From positions 1 to 8,419 of the forward strand of contig NW_021828377.1 in the NCBI RefSeq assembly GCF_006345805.1: DNA of 8,419 nucleotides, read 5' to 3'. Numbering within the stretch: position 1 is the stretch's first letter; every line of letters starts with the position of its first letter. A model generated the notes under the pieces. The model ran no database searches and was not told the DNA's origin. It worked only from the letters and a program-made list of their open reading frames with translations. A program made the translations under genes and the position numbers. Below, piece after piece: positions 7,748 to 8,419 of this stretch. This DNA comes from Octopus sinensis. Taxonomy: Eukaryota.

Positions 7748-7794
7748 CCTATCTACCTATCTATCTATCTATCTATCCTATCTATCTATCTATC
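7643..7794. repeat. (TATC)n (GATA) array with TACC/TCCA variants
   Basis: Read directly. Confidence 0.98.
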
Positions 7795-7811
7795 AGCCAT
7801 CTTTTTCTCTC

Positions 7812-7814
<3 letters not shown>

Positions 7815-7848
<34 letters not shown>
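7815..7848. repeat. (TA)17 microsatellite
   Basis: Counted directly. Confidence 0.97.
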
Positions 7849-7851
<3 letters not shown>

Positions 7852-7972
7852 ATATATGTTGTGTATACGTTAGAAATGTGGAACGGCACAGCTATAATAT
7901 TTTGTGTCAGAGAAACAACTCAATGAGAGCTAACTGTTAAACATACAGAGCTTCGCTCAGAACGCCGGTGAA

Positions 7973-8018
7973 TCGCCAGACACGATGTTTCAACTTCATT
8001 TGGCCTCCTCAGTAACAA
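7973..8018 (-). ncRNA. Type I hammerhead ribozyme motif with complete core and wobble-rich stems
   Basis: Minus strand reads UUGUUA-CUGAGGA-GGC(CAAAUGAA)GUU-GAA-ACA(UCG)UGU-C-UGGCGA. Stem I has 6 bp (3 G-U), stem II 3 bp (2 G-U) and stem III 3 bp. The GUC triplet predicts cleavage between 7979 and 7978. Confidence 0.7.
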
Positions 8019-8419
8019 ATAGCTTGGATGTTGTGAATGAAGCACTGTGTCTTAAACAGACATAAGTGTCTTTAATATATACTTCTCTGAAACAAAAATA
8101 TCTCAGCTTGCGCCATTCCATGTTTGTTTGGACATTATAGAAGTTAAATGTATTGGTATTTTAATCTAAGTGTCAAATGCATGTATCAATTTAATTTTAG
8201 CTTCGTTGGTTTTCGCATAAATCAGTAAATGGTTCGTTTACCGATTTACTTACAGTCAAAGAACCGCTTATCAATGCAGCAAACAGAGAATCTATGACGT
8301 CATACATCACATGACACATCTCCATCCTATCGATTGTTTTAATAACTGTTTTTCCACATTCCTGCATAGAAGCGTGAAAGCCTCGTAGGACAGTAGTCAC
8401 GGGCCAAATATACAAACTG

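Noticed and set aside
1233-8018. The two hammerheads as the ends of one retrozyme or circular RNA unit
   Set aside because: They are 6.7 kb apart, unrelated in sequence and separated by independent insertions. Retrozyme monomers are short and bounded by near-identical ribozymes.
8160-8419. Minus-strand peptide traces (LYIW..., EAKIKLIHAFDT) upstream of hammerhead #2 as a decayed GIY-YIG endonuclease end
   Set aside because: The position fits a Penelope-like element, but the resemblance is too faint and needs frameshifts. A profile-HMM search of all three minus frames would be required.
1-8419. CRISPR array or other prokaryotic system
   Set aside because: No regularly spaced repeats with unique spacers, no operon-like ORFs, and a composition typical of a repeat-rich animal genome.

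Overview
AT-rich, microsatellite-dense eukaryotic non-coding DNA (intronic or intergenic). It is most likely from an octopus or related coleoid cephalopod, judging by my recollection of the SINE sequence, which needs database confirmation. No protein-coding gene is supported. Most ORFs in the supplied track are simple-repeat read-through, and the rest show no convincing protein similarity. The window is a layered retroelement graveyard. It holds two copies of a tRNA-derived SINE with the same head and core but different tails (the younger one has an exact 14-bp target-site duplication and is nested in an older repeat), three decayed copies of that older repeat, and a frameshifted ~1 kb CR1/L2-type LINE reverse-transcriptase fragment. 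The most interesting signals are two unrelated minus-strand type I hammerhead ribozyme motifs with complete catalytic cores (1233-1271 and 7973-8018), plus two weaker relics near 6.4-6.5 kb. All resemble those carried by Penelope-like elements or retrozymes. These are unannotated examples of known classes; I see no convincing evidence of a wholly new system.
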